DNA of 64,000 nt from the NCBI GenBank assembly GCA_951406725.2, contig OX597830.1, positions 57,536,001-57,600,000 on the forward strand, written 5' to 3'. Position 1 is the first letter of the stretch; each line of letters opens with the position of its first letter. Of this stretch, positions 51,741 through 64,000 are shown in pieces. The notes under the pieces were generated by a model. That model saw only the letters and a list, made by a program, of their open reading frames with translations. It searched no databases and was not told where the DNA came from. The translations under genes were made by a program, and so were the position numbers. Origin of the DNA: Octopus vulgaris. Lineage: Eukaryota.

Positions 51741-54040
51741 TCTTTTATGCCAAAAGTTATGTCTGTGATATTTCTTCACCTGCATTTGTTATGCCATCTT
51801 CGTTCCCAGATTTCTCTGAAATCATCACTACAGTCCAACTCTTCAAAATCATTGGACTTAAACCTGTTTACAAGACTGGTTATTTATACAGGTCTTTTCC
51901 AACAATAAAAACACAACACACTCACATATAATTTGGACATTTTTATGTAATTAGTCAGTACTCATCGCTCCTTTCATGGCATCCAAAACTGTAATGGCTG
52001 ATAACAACTGGATGATAGTAAAGCAAGAGAAGAACAGACAAGCAAAAGAACGGATGCTTCAGGTGATGAATGGTGAGAGGCTCGGAGCTGAAGCCATTCA
52101 AACACAAATGACAACAGGAGCCAAGAAGCAGCAGATGCATTCTTGTAGTTGGCTTTTTCCTACAATGTTATCATCTGTAGAAGTTTCACAACCAACCCTG
52201 ACCATGGAATCCAACCAGGGGGGGGTCTCCCCCCCTCTCTCTCTTAAAATATATTCGAGAAAAAAAGGTGGATCACATCAAAAAGATGCAGTTAGTACAA
52301 AATATCGGGCGACCATCTCTGACTTTTTCCCACTGGATGCCATATTTACTGGCTGTTTCAAAACCGTTTTACATTCTGAAATTCATGATTAATAGAAAGA
52401 GAAAAGGCACCCAAAATGTCAAAGTAGATAACATTGCCATTTTCCATCTTGACACTACATCTGGGCTTAAATACATCAAACAGGATTTCATACTCCAGGA
52501 TCCTGTAATTTGTTACTATACACCAGAGAGAGACACTCAATGAATTCTGTTGGTTTTTTGGAAGTCAATAAAATTTATTGACAATATTGATACATTTATC
52601 CTGCATGTGAGAAAATGAGTTCTGCTCGTTAGTGAACAGAGGGAACATTTATGTCAACTTTACAGTCTGAATTCAAGTGTTTTGGAGAGAACCAAATGAT
52701 AGAAACTTTAATTGTTGGACACAGTTTTTGTACATAGACAAAAGCAAAACTGGTAAGAGATGTTGATGATGTATCAGGAGAGAGCTTGTGGGTATCAGTG
52801 AAGGGTAGTGTTGTCTTATTGATGTAAAAGTAGATGTAGTTAGAAGTGACAGTAATGAGTCCACTGTCAGATGGTATGTCCAGACAACCCTTTTCTTACC
52901 AACACCCAATACTGAATGCTGTCATAAGAAAGTGCCTGAGACTTTTTGAGATTACTTATTGATATTTCAGTTAAATTTCCAACTGAAATCTTGTTATGCA
53001 TTAACGATAAGACACAATTTGATAGCCAACACTTGCAAACACACTGTCAGGCATCTAAGACATGTATTCCATTTTATAACCTCTCCCACTACCACCACCA
53101 CTTATAAGGGGCAGTGTTTTTTTTTTTTTCTTTCTTTTTAATTAAATAAAATTCTATAAGCTACAGATTAACTAATAACAACTCTAAATGATTTTCAAAT
53201 GTACCAAATGTGTAAATATTGAAAAGTTGTAGTGGAAGTGAGGATTTCTGGAAAAGGAGAAAAAGTATAAAAATCATAAAATATTTTTCTTCGAAAATTA
53301 AAAAAAAAAAAACCAACAAAAAACACCTCAGGCCCAATCAGCCACCCTCATAACTTAATTACAATTGATTATGTACTTTCATTTATTCCAAGTGTTCCAT
53401 ATGATAAAGATGGAGATTAATTGATGTGCAAAAAGGGCTGGGAGCAATAAACTTGGAGAGGAGGCATAATATTAGCTAATAATTCTTTTTATAAGATGTT
53501 ATTTAAAGCAAAATTCAAATGATTTTACATTTCTGAGTTTACCTGTAATTAACACTAATCAAAGTAGTTTTGAGAAAAACATTCTGTATTAGATTTAGAT
53601 ACGAATCTGTTGTGTTCAAAAATACTACCTTAATATATTTATGAAAAGGGCAGTTTTGTTTTTTTGTTTGTTTTTTACAAAAATATGATTTTTAGAATTT
53701 AACTGAAACACAGGGAAACATTTCAGTTAATCTGTTAACAAAAGAGTTAATCAGATGATTGTGTAAGCAATGGGGAGAGAGGAAGAAATAGGAAAGAAAT
53801 GGAACTTTATAGCAATGTAGGTTTGACACAAAATCAGTGTGGCAAAAATTACTTTCTCTCTCCTAGTTTATTTATAGTGATACAAATTTAGAGATTAGTC
53901 ACAGATAATAGATAGGAAATCTAACGCCGTACTACTACAAGATACAAGCAAATGTCTAGATTTTAAAAGGATTAAAAAACCTCTGTAAACAAACGAGCAA
54001 AAAAAAAAATCAAATTCAGTGTTACTGAAAATCTACTGAC

Positions 54041-54142
54041 CTGATCATAATTATCATGACCATGAAAGAACGGCTCTTTTCTGAATATCATACTGGCAAA
54101 CATGCAACCTAAACTCCACATATCCAAAGAATAATCATACAT
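54041..54142 (-). CDS. CSNK2A1: Casein kinase II alpha, coding exon (102 nt)
   Basis: Acceptor atttcag|, peptide [34 protein letters not shown], donor |gtcagt. Confidence 0.97.
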
Positions 54143-54804
54143 CTGAAATGCAAGAAAAATTATAGAATTACTCAAGGTTGTGTCTTCTAAGTTTTAAATT
54201 CCATAAATACTTCTTTGAGATGTCTGAAACTTGGGATTTAAGGAGTCATTGCTGAATCTTTTGTAACATATCAGGGCTGTTAGAAAGACAAAGTTGATTT
54301 CTTTGGGAATTTGCCTATTAAGTTGTTTTTTTTGTTGTTTTTGTTTTAAATACAGAATTTTTAAATAACATCTCATATTTTAAATGGTTTAGTTTCCTCT
54401 TTAACACAGAAGCATCAAAAGGATTTCTCTCCTCCAAATTCTAAAATGTTTCTAATGAATCATTTCCAGATTATTTTCAGACCATAGGTGCTCTAAAAAC
54501 ACAGGTTCACAAGAAAAACATATGTTACAAATTGCTAAATCCAGTCTAAATGCATTGCTGGATGCACTAGTTGGTACCTGTTAGGCAATCATTTATATTA
54601 AATATGAACATATACACTTTATAGCTGTCGGTACAATGTTGAATACTTTGAACAGATAAAGCAATTGGTCTAAGTTCCTGCTTCTCATTACAGCAATCCA
54701 AATGAAAGCAGACTTTTACAAGACAGATAAACTTTTGTCTTTGTGATAAGACTACACACTATACAGAGAGCAAACAGCAACGGAACTGGAATATGACAAG
54801 TCAG

Positions 54805-54864
54805 ATGCTGAAGGGCTGGTGACATCATCCATGCTGAAGGGCTGGTGACATCATCCATACTGAA
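54805..54864. repeat. 26-bp tandem duplication
   Basis: (atgctgaagggctggtgacatcatcc)x2 plus a partial third copy. Confidence 0.9.
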
Positions 54865-54926
54865 AACTCTAAATAACACTAAAATGCTTGTAAATAGTAA
54901 ATGTTTATTTTCATTATGTATATATA

Positions 54927-56361
54927 CACAGAACCGCAAAAGAAATGTGATTTTTTCAAATGTCATTTTTATATGGTAAATTCTGAAAATTGTAAATTGT
55001 GTAAAATGTAAGTGTAAATATTCCAAGACATGGTGGTTTATGGCTGAAACCTAAATTGTAGGTAACTTTTCAACTTTCCCTAAAACGAGACGCCAAAATG
55101 CAGTGCATTGAATGCCGGCCATGGCAGTTGCGAACAATTGTCATGAAAACTAAAATGCATGTGCATCTCATGGAGGTTATGGGTATAAAAATCAACTTGA
55201 ACTGCGTTCCTGGCAAGCGTAATTTGGGCGCATCAGGTATGACCCGATTGTCAGCAGTGGACAGCAATGGGAACAAACTGTTGACTAATTGCAAGCAGGG
55301 CAGCATGCCCTGGTAGTTGTGAAAGCTTACTATGTTCATATCAGCACCATCTGTCACGTGCAACAGCAACACTAAACCAACAGCACTGCAGACCATGCCA
55401 GCAGAACCCCCCCACCCCACCCCGGGTGATTACACCCAAGCAGGACTGCTTCATTTACCTGCAACACCTCCGTGATCACTTCAGACCAGCCAGCATTACA
55501 GCTCGTGAGACAATACGACATTCACTGGCCGCCAACAATCTTGTTGCTGTTGTCTTGCTTAAGGGCTTTTCCTCACTGCTCACCACCATCAAGCACGACA
55601 ACAGTGGGCAGCAGAGCACCGACATTGATGGCGTTAACAATGGAGGTCGATAGTCTAGTCTGGTGAGAGCTGGTACAGCGTTTCCACCTTGGATAACAGA
55701 GTGAGGATGAATGCTGCAACGCATGTATCATGGAGAGAGACGTGGGATGGCTAAAGCATCATGGTTTGGGGTGCTATAGGCCTGAATCAGAGGAATGGGC
55801 CCCATGTGTTCCAAAATGTTGGTGCAGGCAGAGAGAATGGCATTACAGCACAGTACTACATTGACCAGATCCTAAGATCTCACATCGTGCCCTTCTTTGC
55901 ACATCACCATAGCCGCATGTTCCAACAGAACAATGCTCCCTCCCACACGGTCAGGGTCACCATGCACTTCCTGCATCGGCACAGCATCAGAACCATCCAT
56001 GTGGGATGAAATCCAGAGATGGCTGAACCAGGTGGTCCCAAGGCTTGACAACTCGTGTGAAACTGGAGGCAGGTTTCCTCAGGGTGTGGGTACAGGTGCC
56101 AATGGCTTTTGTGATGCATGCCATGCACCAACTGTGCATGACCATTTTGAACACCCAGGGAGAGCATACACAGTATTGAACATGTCACACCCTACAATCT
56201 TGATGTGCTGGATCCGCCCACGACCAGGACATATGACAACAATCTATACACTGTGGTCAATGTGCATCCAAGAAATTGACTTCATCAGATTTATCTCTGA
56301 CATAATAAAATTAAAACATATTTCAGTCCCACACGCCCTGTGTTTCTTTTGCAGTTCAGCG
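54927..56361 (+). mobile_element. Defective Tc1-like transposon (1435 bp)
   Basis: TIRs cacagaaccgcaaaagaaa / tttcttttgcagttcagcg with flanking TA. Transposase pieces MVWGAI...FQQNNAPSHT...HVWDEIQR. Confidence 0.85.
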
Positions 56362-57077
56362 TATATACAATTGGTACTTAGCCCATTATAAGTGTCCATT
56401 AGACAATTATACTGCACATACATTCTCCGTGTATTTAAAAGACTTTAAAGTTCCAGGTCAACCACCCCCTCCTTTTTTATATTGTTCTTTTAGAAATATT
56501 CCACTTATGAAAAATTTTGTGTCCAAATATCAAATTTATGTTCGGTTTGCAGCAGGGGTTTACAGTACTCTATTACCTCCCTTCCATCATCATGTTGAAG
56601 TGGATTTTTTTTTTGAGGCGGGGGGGGGCAGTAAAGAATCCTGAGAAGCATACAGTTGTCAATATAAAGTGTTTTCTCCAGATTTCACTTATGGCCCAAA
56701 CACCAACTTTAATATTGGACATGCTGGCATTTCAATCCAGAAACCATTCCACCTGCTGGGACCCAGAATGGAAACGTCGATGCCTGGGATCTAAACCTAA
56801 AACACATTAGTGAAAGCTCATGAGGTTCCAATGTTTCTAAGAACAAAAGAAAATAGTTTTCAACATCAGTACCGCAAATACTCAACAACCACCCACGCAA
56901 GAAGTTCAGACTTCTGAAGTACTTTTTATTGAAAGCGTTTTTCAATTGGGACAATCTGGCTTAAACATGATACTTTCAACAATAAAGAACTTTTACAAGC
57001 TCCAATAGCTCTGGCAAATTTGCCAATCCCTCAAATAAATACATATATTAAAACAGAAGAAATATCTTGACTTTTAC

Positions 57078-57188
57078 CTGATAATCCAATAGAAGTTCAG
57101 GACCTTTGAAATACCTAGATGCAACTCTTACATTGTATTCCATTCCAGGATGGTAGAACTCTGCCAAACCCCAATCAATAAGACGGAG
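57078..57188 (-). CDS. CSNK2A1: Casein kinase II alpha, coding exon (111 nt, DWG motif and activation loop)
   Basis: Acceptor tttacag|, peptide [37 protein letters not shown], donor |gtaaaa. The DWG motif is characteristic of CK2. Not in the ORF track. Confidence 0.97.
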
Positions 57189-58897
57189 CTGTAAATAAAC
57201 ATTGGTTTCCTAAAATCAAATATTTATGGATGCAATCTGCTACAACATTAAATATAGTAACATTAGAATATTTTACGAATGCACTGGGAGATTTAAATGC
57301 TGAACTGTTATAAAATAAGTTAGGAATCTTATTAGTAAAGAATATTATTTAGTTATAGTCAACTAATACAAAAAAAAACCCAGCAACAAGGCTTCTACTT
57401 AATACTAGTTGGTCATATTAGGATGGGGGCCTAACAATTACTGCATCAGTAATTCATATTTAAATATCTAAAATTCAAAACTATCCAATCTCCAAACATA
57501 CACTCACAAATTTTATTTATATTTGTGTTTATGCATATGTTTAGTTGAGAGGTTGAAAAGAGAGTGAGGAGCGGCTAGCATGGTGGTGGTGGTGGTTGGG
57601 GGGGGTCCAAATGAAGTCAGTTATAAGATTAAAGAGAAAAGACAACCACACAGTTTTAAGCACCTAATCTTGGCAGTGAACAAAATATAGAATCTGAAAG
57701 AAGATCTTTCCCCCACTTTTATTTCAAAAAGGTGTTACAATGTTTATAACAAACACAAGGTCACATGATATGGGATCCTACAGAAGACATCCATTAGGGA
57801 TTCTATTTATTCTAAATGGCTATTGTTTTGGTCTGTAACAACATGGCTTTAAAGTGATAATAGCAAAGTATAAATAGTTTTGCAGGAGGAGCTGTGTTTT
57901 GTCTTGCTTTTAATGGCAGCAGTCAAAAAACTTCTCATGTGAAAACTTAGAAAATATTCAGTGATTTAGAATAACAGATTAAAAGCACAAATGTTGAAGT
58001 AAAAATGTTAACAGACACAGTCCAATCAGCACAAATGCTCAATAGTGCCATATCAAGAAGACAAAAAAAAATGCCAAAAATAACAAACGGACTAAGTTCA
58101 CAGGAAAAATCACCAACCTCTGTCATTTAGATTGACCAAATACCCACAGTGAGTGAAGAAGGTTGCACAAACAAGGGAGACAATGTTTTCTATTTTAATG
58201 TACTGAAAATGCTCAGTACTAAGCTTTCAGGACTTTATTGACAAAGTAGCGAGTTGTATTTATAAAAAAGAAAAAAGACACATTCCGTGAATGTGAACCA
58301 AGCTCTGTCTCCTACTATTGTGAAATAATAAGAGTTTGTCTTTTAGGTTGGGTCCCCACTTTTTTCCTCCCTGTTTTGTTTGCAAATAAGCTTTAATATT
58401 GCTGTCTTTGTATTTGTATGGGTCAGTGATATTTGTAGCATCATAAACTCACCACATCTCTATCTTGCATTACCACTCTAAAGTGCATCACTTCAGGCTT
58501 TCAACTAACTTGTGCTCCACTTTTCGTAAAAAAGTTAACCTTAAATATTCTGATTCATGTTCTTCGACATATCCATTATTCCTTACACATGCTTCATAAA
58601 TTACCTTTCACGTGGCCAAACTTATTTACAGCCTACCCCTACATCACTCTAGCTGTTGTTTTCACATTGCAAACACCCTCAGCACTAATCAATTCACTAA
58701 ACTAACGAACACCTGGAGGGCCTTTCAAGGGTGTTCCCAAATTTCTACAATCTCTCTCTGCATCCAAAATGATTTTGCCTAAGGACTCGAATGAGAACAA
58801 TTCCATTACCACATTTATACAACAAAACCAAATAAATCAAATTTGAATTATGCAAGAGAGGCAGCTCCAGAGTTGAATTTGTGTTTATAAAACATCC

Positions 58898-59107
58898 CTA
58901 ACCCTTTTGTTACTGTTGAAGATACACCACATTTATTTCAATTAATTTTGAAACTAAAGATTTAAATAAAATAACTCGTTAAGCTAATATTTGGAACCTA
59001 ATTAACATGACGTTTTGAAAGAAAATTTTAATGGAGCTCTGTTTAAAACAAAGTTTGCATCATAGAAACGGGGGCAGTTCCAGGCAGGCTGGTATCAAAA
59101 ATGTTAA
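58898..59107. mobile_element. TTAA-flanked MITE, family A
   Basis: ctaacccttttgttac...ggtatcaaaaatgttaa; colinear with 13937-14164. Confidence 0.6.
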
Positions 59108-59234
59108 GGTGCCATTGAAAAGCCAGAAGCTGCCGTTTTGCATTTAGAGGAAATCTCTTTATAGACATATTGTGTTAAAGGACACAATATACATCAGAGC
59201 TAAGCAATACAAAAATCACTCCAAAAGCAACGGC

Positions 59235-59678
59235 AATTATATACATTTGGAAAATGATAGAGCAGAAGGTGCCAAACTTTGGTATCAAAACCTACCACTC
59301 ACTGCGCCACGGAAGACGCTGCCAGCTGCCACCAATCAACAAAAAGGCTGGCCAGGCAGCAAAAACCCTGCAAGAATCAAGTCTGTTGGTTCGAGGAGCA
59401 CAACTGTTCAACTCCATTCCGGTACATGTCAGAAATCTATCAGGATGCAGTGTGGAATCATTCAAATTGCAACTGGATAGATACTTAAGCACCATTAGAG
59501 ATGAACCCCATCTCCCAGGATATACACAACGAGCACAAACTGACTCAAACTCGCTCCTACACATGTCAAATTTAAGCAGAGAATACAACCTGGCAACCAC
59601 ACCAGACTCTGAGGGTGGAGTCTTCGACTTGGCCTGAGCATGGACTCAAACCCAAATGAAATGAAATGAAATGAAATG
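59235..59678 (+). mobile_element. 5'-truncated LINE 3' end (CR1-group-like) with an (AAATG)5 tail
   Basis: Open frame IYIWKMIEQKVPNFG...RGAQLFNSIPVHVRNLSGCSVESFKLQLDRYLSTIRDEP, followed by a microsatellite tail. Confidence 0.8.
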
Positions 59679-60000
59679 TATCCCCCCCCCCAAATCGCTG
59701 TGGCTTGTCAATGTCATGTATCATTGAAAACCCAGAAGCTTTTTTTTTTTAAAGGAAAAATTCCCTTTTATAGGCATTTCCTTGACAGAAAACGATTCCA
59801 TGTGCAATGCAGCTCAGACTTAAAACTGTAGACATCATCATCATCATCATCGCTTAATGTCCGTTTTCCATGCTAGCATGGGTTGGACGGTTCTACTGGG
59901 GTCTGTGAAGCCAGAAGGCTTCATCAGGCCCAGTCAGATCTGGCAGTGTTTCTACGGCTGGATGCCTTTCCTAACGCCAACCACTCCGTGAGTGTAGTGG

Positions 60001-60214
60001 GTGCTTTTTACGTGCCACCCGCACAGGTGCCAGACAGAGCTGGCAAACGGCCACGAACAGATGGTGCTTTTTATGTGCCACCTGCACGGGGGCCAGGCGA
60101 GGCTGGCAACGGACACGAGTGGATGGTGCTTTTTACGTGCCACCAGCACGAGGCCAGTCGGGGCGGCGCTGGCAACGGTCACGAACAGATGGTTCTCTTA
60201 CATGCGTCCGGCAC
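60001..60214. repeat. Three and a half 62-66-bp imperfect tandem repeats in the RTE 3' UTR
   Basis: Units begin gtgctttttacgtgccacc at 60001, 60064 and 60126, with a partial unit at 60192. Confidence 0.85.
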
Positions 60215-60367
60215 TGGTAACACATCTGCAATTTCCATTGATCGATTTCGATTCTGATCCTCACTTGCCTCAACAGGTCTTCACAAGTAGAGTTTTGTGT
60301 CCCAAGAAGGGAAGGTATGCATACGTAGGCTGGCTCCATCCCATGTAGAAGGCCACGGGTTATGGAC

Positions 60368-62030
60368 TCACTTGTCCTGCCGGGTCTTCTCACGCACAGC
60401 ACACTTCCAGAGGTCTCGGTCTCTAGTCATTTCCTCAGTGAGACCTAAAGTTCGAAGGTCGTGCTTCACCACCTCGTACCAGGTTTTCCTGGGTCTGCCT
60501 CTTCCGCAGGTTCCCTCAACCACTAGGGTGTGGCACTTTTTCACACAACTATCTTCATCCATTCTCGCCACATGCCCATACCAGCGCAAACGTCTCTCTT
60601 GCACACCACAACTGATGCTTCTTAGGTCCAGCTTTTCTCTCAAGGTACTTACACTCTGCTGAGTATGAGTACTGACATTACACATCCATCGGAGCATACT
60701 GGCTTCATTTCTTGCAAGCTTACGCATATCCTCAGCAGTCACCGCCCATGTTTCACTACCATGTAGCATGGCGGTTCGTACACACGCATCATACAGTCTG
60801 CCTTTTACTCTGTGCGAGAGGTCTTTTGTCACCAGCAGAGGTAAGAGCTCTCTGAACTTTGCCCAGGCTATTCTTACTCTAGCAGTTACACTTTCAGCAC
60901 ACCCGCCCCCGCTGCTGACTTGGTCACCTAGGTAACGGAAACTATCAACTATTTCTAGTTTTTCTCCCTGGAAAGTGACGGAAGTTGGTCTCAGAGCATC
61001 TTCAGCCTTTATTGAACCAGAGCATCTGCCACATACAAAAACTATCTTCCTAGTTAGCCTTCCTTTGACATTGCTGCACCTCTTATGTGTCCATAGCTTA
61101 CACTTGGTGCATCTTATAGAGTTTCTACCTACACCTTTTCTACAGATCGAGCAAGGCCATCTACCTGAAGGCGTTTGTGATTTGTCTACCTTCCTACTGA
61201 TTACGACTTTGGTTTTAGCTAGGTTGACTCTAAGGCCCTTCGATTCTAATCCTTGTTTCCACACCTGAAAATTCTCCTCCAGTTCTGATAGTGACTCAGC
61301 AATTAGAGCAAGGTCATCAGCATAGAGGAGCTCCCAGGGGCATCCTGTCTTGAATTCCTCCGTTATTGCCTGGAGGACTATGATAAATAGGAGGGGGCTG
61401 AGGACTGAACCTTGGTGGATCCCTACCTCTACCCGGAATTCTTCACTGTACTCGTTGCCAACCCTCACCCTACTAGCAGCGTCCCTGTACATGGCCCGCA
61501 CAGCTCTCACTAACCATTCATCTATCCCTAGTTTCCTCATTGACCACCAGATAAGGGATCGGGGGACCCTGTCGAAGGCTCTCTCCATGCCAACAAAAGC
61601 CAGGTACAGGGGCTTATCTTTGGCTAGGTATTTCTCCTGCAGCTGCCTTACCAGGAATATAGCATCAGTGGTACTTTTCCCTGGCACAAACCCAAACTGC
61701 ATCTCATCTAAACTAACTCTCTCTCTAATTAGTTGGGCTATGACCCTCTCTGTAACCTTCATCACCTGATCCAACAGCTTGATACCTCTGTAGTTATTTG
61801 TATCTAGGGCGTCACCTTTACCTTTGTAGCAGTTGACTATTATGCTGCTACACCAGTCATTGGGTATGACTCCTTTGTGTATCACCTGATTAACTATACG
61901 GGTGACTAGGCTATAGCCGACACTACCAGACATTTTGAGCATCTCTGCAGCGATTCCTGATGGGCCTGGGGCTTTCCCTGTCTTCATGCTTCTAATTGCC
62001 TTAACTACCACGGAACTATCAACTCCAAAC
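60368..62030 (-). pseudogene. RTE ORF: reverse transcriptase with a PHD-like finger; first catalytic Asp mutated
   Basis: GKAPGPSG, NYRGIKLL, QFGF, FVGMERAFD (expected FVDxEKAFD), GIHQGSVLSP, LYADD, C4HC3 finger, RRLRWYGHV, GRGRPRKTW. Confidence 0.9.
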
Positions 62031-62557
62031 CTCTCTCTTTGCATCCTCATTTAGTGCAAGTGAACCATCTTCCATGCGAACACACTTCTCTCCTACCACA
62101 TCACGATTCTCTCTCACACATTGTTTTGCAACGCGAAACACCTCCAGTCTTTGGTCCTCACGACGCAGAACATTGGCAAATTTTTTCTTATTTGCTTCCC
62201 CTCTGGCTAAATAAACCTGTCTCCTAGCTTCTCTTTTGGCAGTCTGATACAATTCCCTGCTACCCCCATTTTTCCAGACCTTCCAAGCCAGTCTCTTTTC
62301 TCTAATAGCCCTGTCTACAATATTGTTCCACCACCACGTTATTCTAGGTCGAGAGGGGACTTTGCACCAGCCACAGACGTTAGGCATTTTTTCCTTTCTA
62401 CACAAATCTTCCACTGGTTTTGCTCTAATCAAACAATAGCTTTTCATTTTGAAATATTAGACTTATCCTTTCTACACCAATGAAGGTCCCATCTTGAGAT
62501 TATATTTAATGTACAAAGAAGACAAAAACAAGTTGAAAAAATTTGTATAAGACTAAC

Positions 62558-62641
62558 CTTTCTGTTTTCATGGTCAATCATAACATTATGGGGTTTAACA
62601 TCTCTATGCATAATCCCCATACTGTGGCAATAATCTAGAGC
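62558..62641 (-). CDS. CSNK2A1: Casein kinase II alpha, coding exon (84 nt, catalytic loop)
   Basis: Acceptor tttaacag|, peptide [28 protein letters not shown], donor |gttagt. Not in the ORF track. Confidence 0.97.
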
Positions 62642-63239
62642 CTGTTAAAAGACAAGAAATTAACTTAAACACTAATCACTAAATATTAAATAATAAAAAT
62701 TAAACACTATAGAAACAAAAATATTGTGATGTTGCTAAAATATTTCAAACAAATAAACATACCTTTAATAGTTCAAACATATAGAACCGGATGTCATAAT
62801 CTGTGAAAGTTTGATATAATATCTGAAAAAGTAATTTAAAAATAGTTATGTGGTTTAAAAATCAGTATAAATAGATCTTAGAAAAAAAAAACCCAGTTAT
62901 TTAAAGTATTTATAGAAAAAAGCTAACATCAAAGCATGAATGTAGAAAGAGCAGGTTTAAATGGTTGGCTATTTTCAAGATTGTTTTAATTAGAAAAACT
63001 CAGAAAACTTCATAACACAAAATTCTATCTTTATTGTACACAGCTTTCAATAACCTATTAAACAGTTAAATTGAAACCAACTTTTAACTCCAGCATAACA
63101 AGAATTGGCAAACTCCATGTTAATGTCCAGTTAAAATAAAATATGTTGGTAATCTGTGTAATAGTTTGTCAGTGCAGAATTAGGCTATTTACAAATAGTG
63201 CTATCTTAGGTGATGTTTTGGGTATTTTTACCTCAATTT

Positions 63240-64000
63240 TCCAACTATGAAAATGCTTAGAATATCTGATGATGTAGGACATGGCCTGGTCACCCTGACA
63301 TAAGTCAGGTTGTACAGGAAGGTGTTGTATCTAATGATTAGTATGCCAGTATTATCATCAATTGTTACAAGGATAAAGGAGATGCCTTAGAGAGGTTATT
63401 ACAGGAGTATCAAATAGCTGGACCATATTACAGAAGTTGTAATTAGGAAGAGAACTAGCCTAGTCGAGAGACAGTTTGGTTTGTGCCAGGGAGAAATACT
63501 ACAGATGCCCTCTTCCTAGCAAGGGAACTGCAGGAATATTTATAAAAGTAATCCACTGTTCTTCATATTTGTTGACCTATAAGCTATGTGATCTAATGGT
63601 CACTGAAGAAGCCAGAAGACAACAAATAGCATATGAGAGCCATCAAACCATGTATGTATAGAAGAGTTTAAAACCAGGTGTCCATAAGAACTCTTATATG
63701 CTGATGAACTTGTTCTTATAGTAGAATTTAGTAAAGAATTCCAGATGTAGTCTCAAATCAAAGGGCATCAAGTTAACTTAGCAAGAATTCCATACTCAGT
63801 GCCAAACTATGGACATACAAAAGGTGCAGTGGAATCACAGGCAGGTTGACACAGAAAGTAGACTTTGTATGCCTATGCACAAGAGCAATAAATGCTAGTA
63901 GCATACAGGAAATGGATTGTCTCTAATCCTCAGGAGGATCCGTAGAGGTAGCAGATAGCTCCTGCTGTCTAATTGACCTAATAAGCAGTGGAGCAGGATG
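63240..64000 (+). mobile_element. Old degenerate RTE LINE fragment (related to the 59833-62377 element, opposite strand)
   Basis: IIINCYKDKGDALE..YRSIK*LD, QFGLC/PG, FVD and LYADELVL remnants. Confidence 0.8.

Larger units (their letters stand above)
59833..62377 (-). mobile_element. Young 5'-truncated RTE-clade LINE with an internal deletion and a (GAT)n tail
   Basis: Long RT ORF plus an upstream ORF piece (WWWN...AKREVW), a 3' UTR and a microsatellite tail. No endonuclease domain is present. Confidence 0.95.

Noticed and set aside
60368-62050. Active autonomous LINE or domesticated gene
   Set aside because: It is 5'-truncated with no endonuclease, has an internal deletion and frameshift near 62030, and has lost a catalytic Asp.
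59826-62390. Target-site duplication for the young RTE (tagacat / taggcat)
   Set aside because: The match is short, imperfect and overlaps the tail, so it cannot be supported.

Overview
AT-rich, microsatellite- and SINE-dense animal genomic DNA. The repeat content suggests a cephalopod, probably Octopus (inference). Two convergent intron-containing genes can be rebuilt by hand with consistent GT-AG junctions and phases. (1) A flavin-containing monooxygenase on + has 4 coding exons at 4679-19758; its FAD-binding first exon was not found in the window. (2) Casein kinase II alpha on - has 7 coding exons at 62641-36227; its N-terminal exons lie beyond the right edge. The rest is transposable-element material: young and old RTE LINEs, a CR1-like LINE 3' end, two mariners, a Tc1-like element, a DD37D (maT) remnant, TTAA-flanked MITEs, several SINE families and Penelope-like (GIY-YIG) remnants. 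The best candidate for a new system is a tRNA-headed SINE carrying a minimal type I hammerhead-ribozyme motif. Two of its three loci have a Penelope-style inverted architecture, so it may be a Pol III, Penelope-mobilised 'ribozyme SINE'. Also notable are a cluster of sense-strand A>G changes that removes a catalytic Asp in an otherwise open RTE reverse transcriptase (possible fossilised ADAR editing), an RTE with a twin-priming-type inversion, and a vertebrate-like S/T-P tail on CK2alpha. All coordinates were counted manually and no database searches were run.
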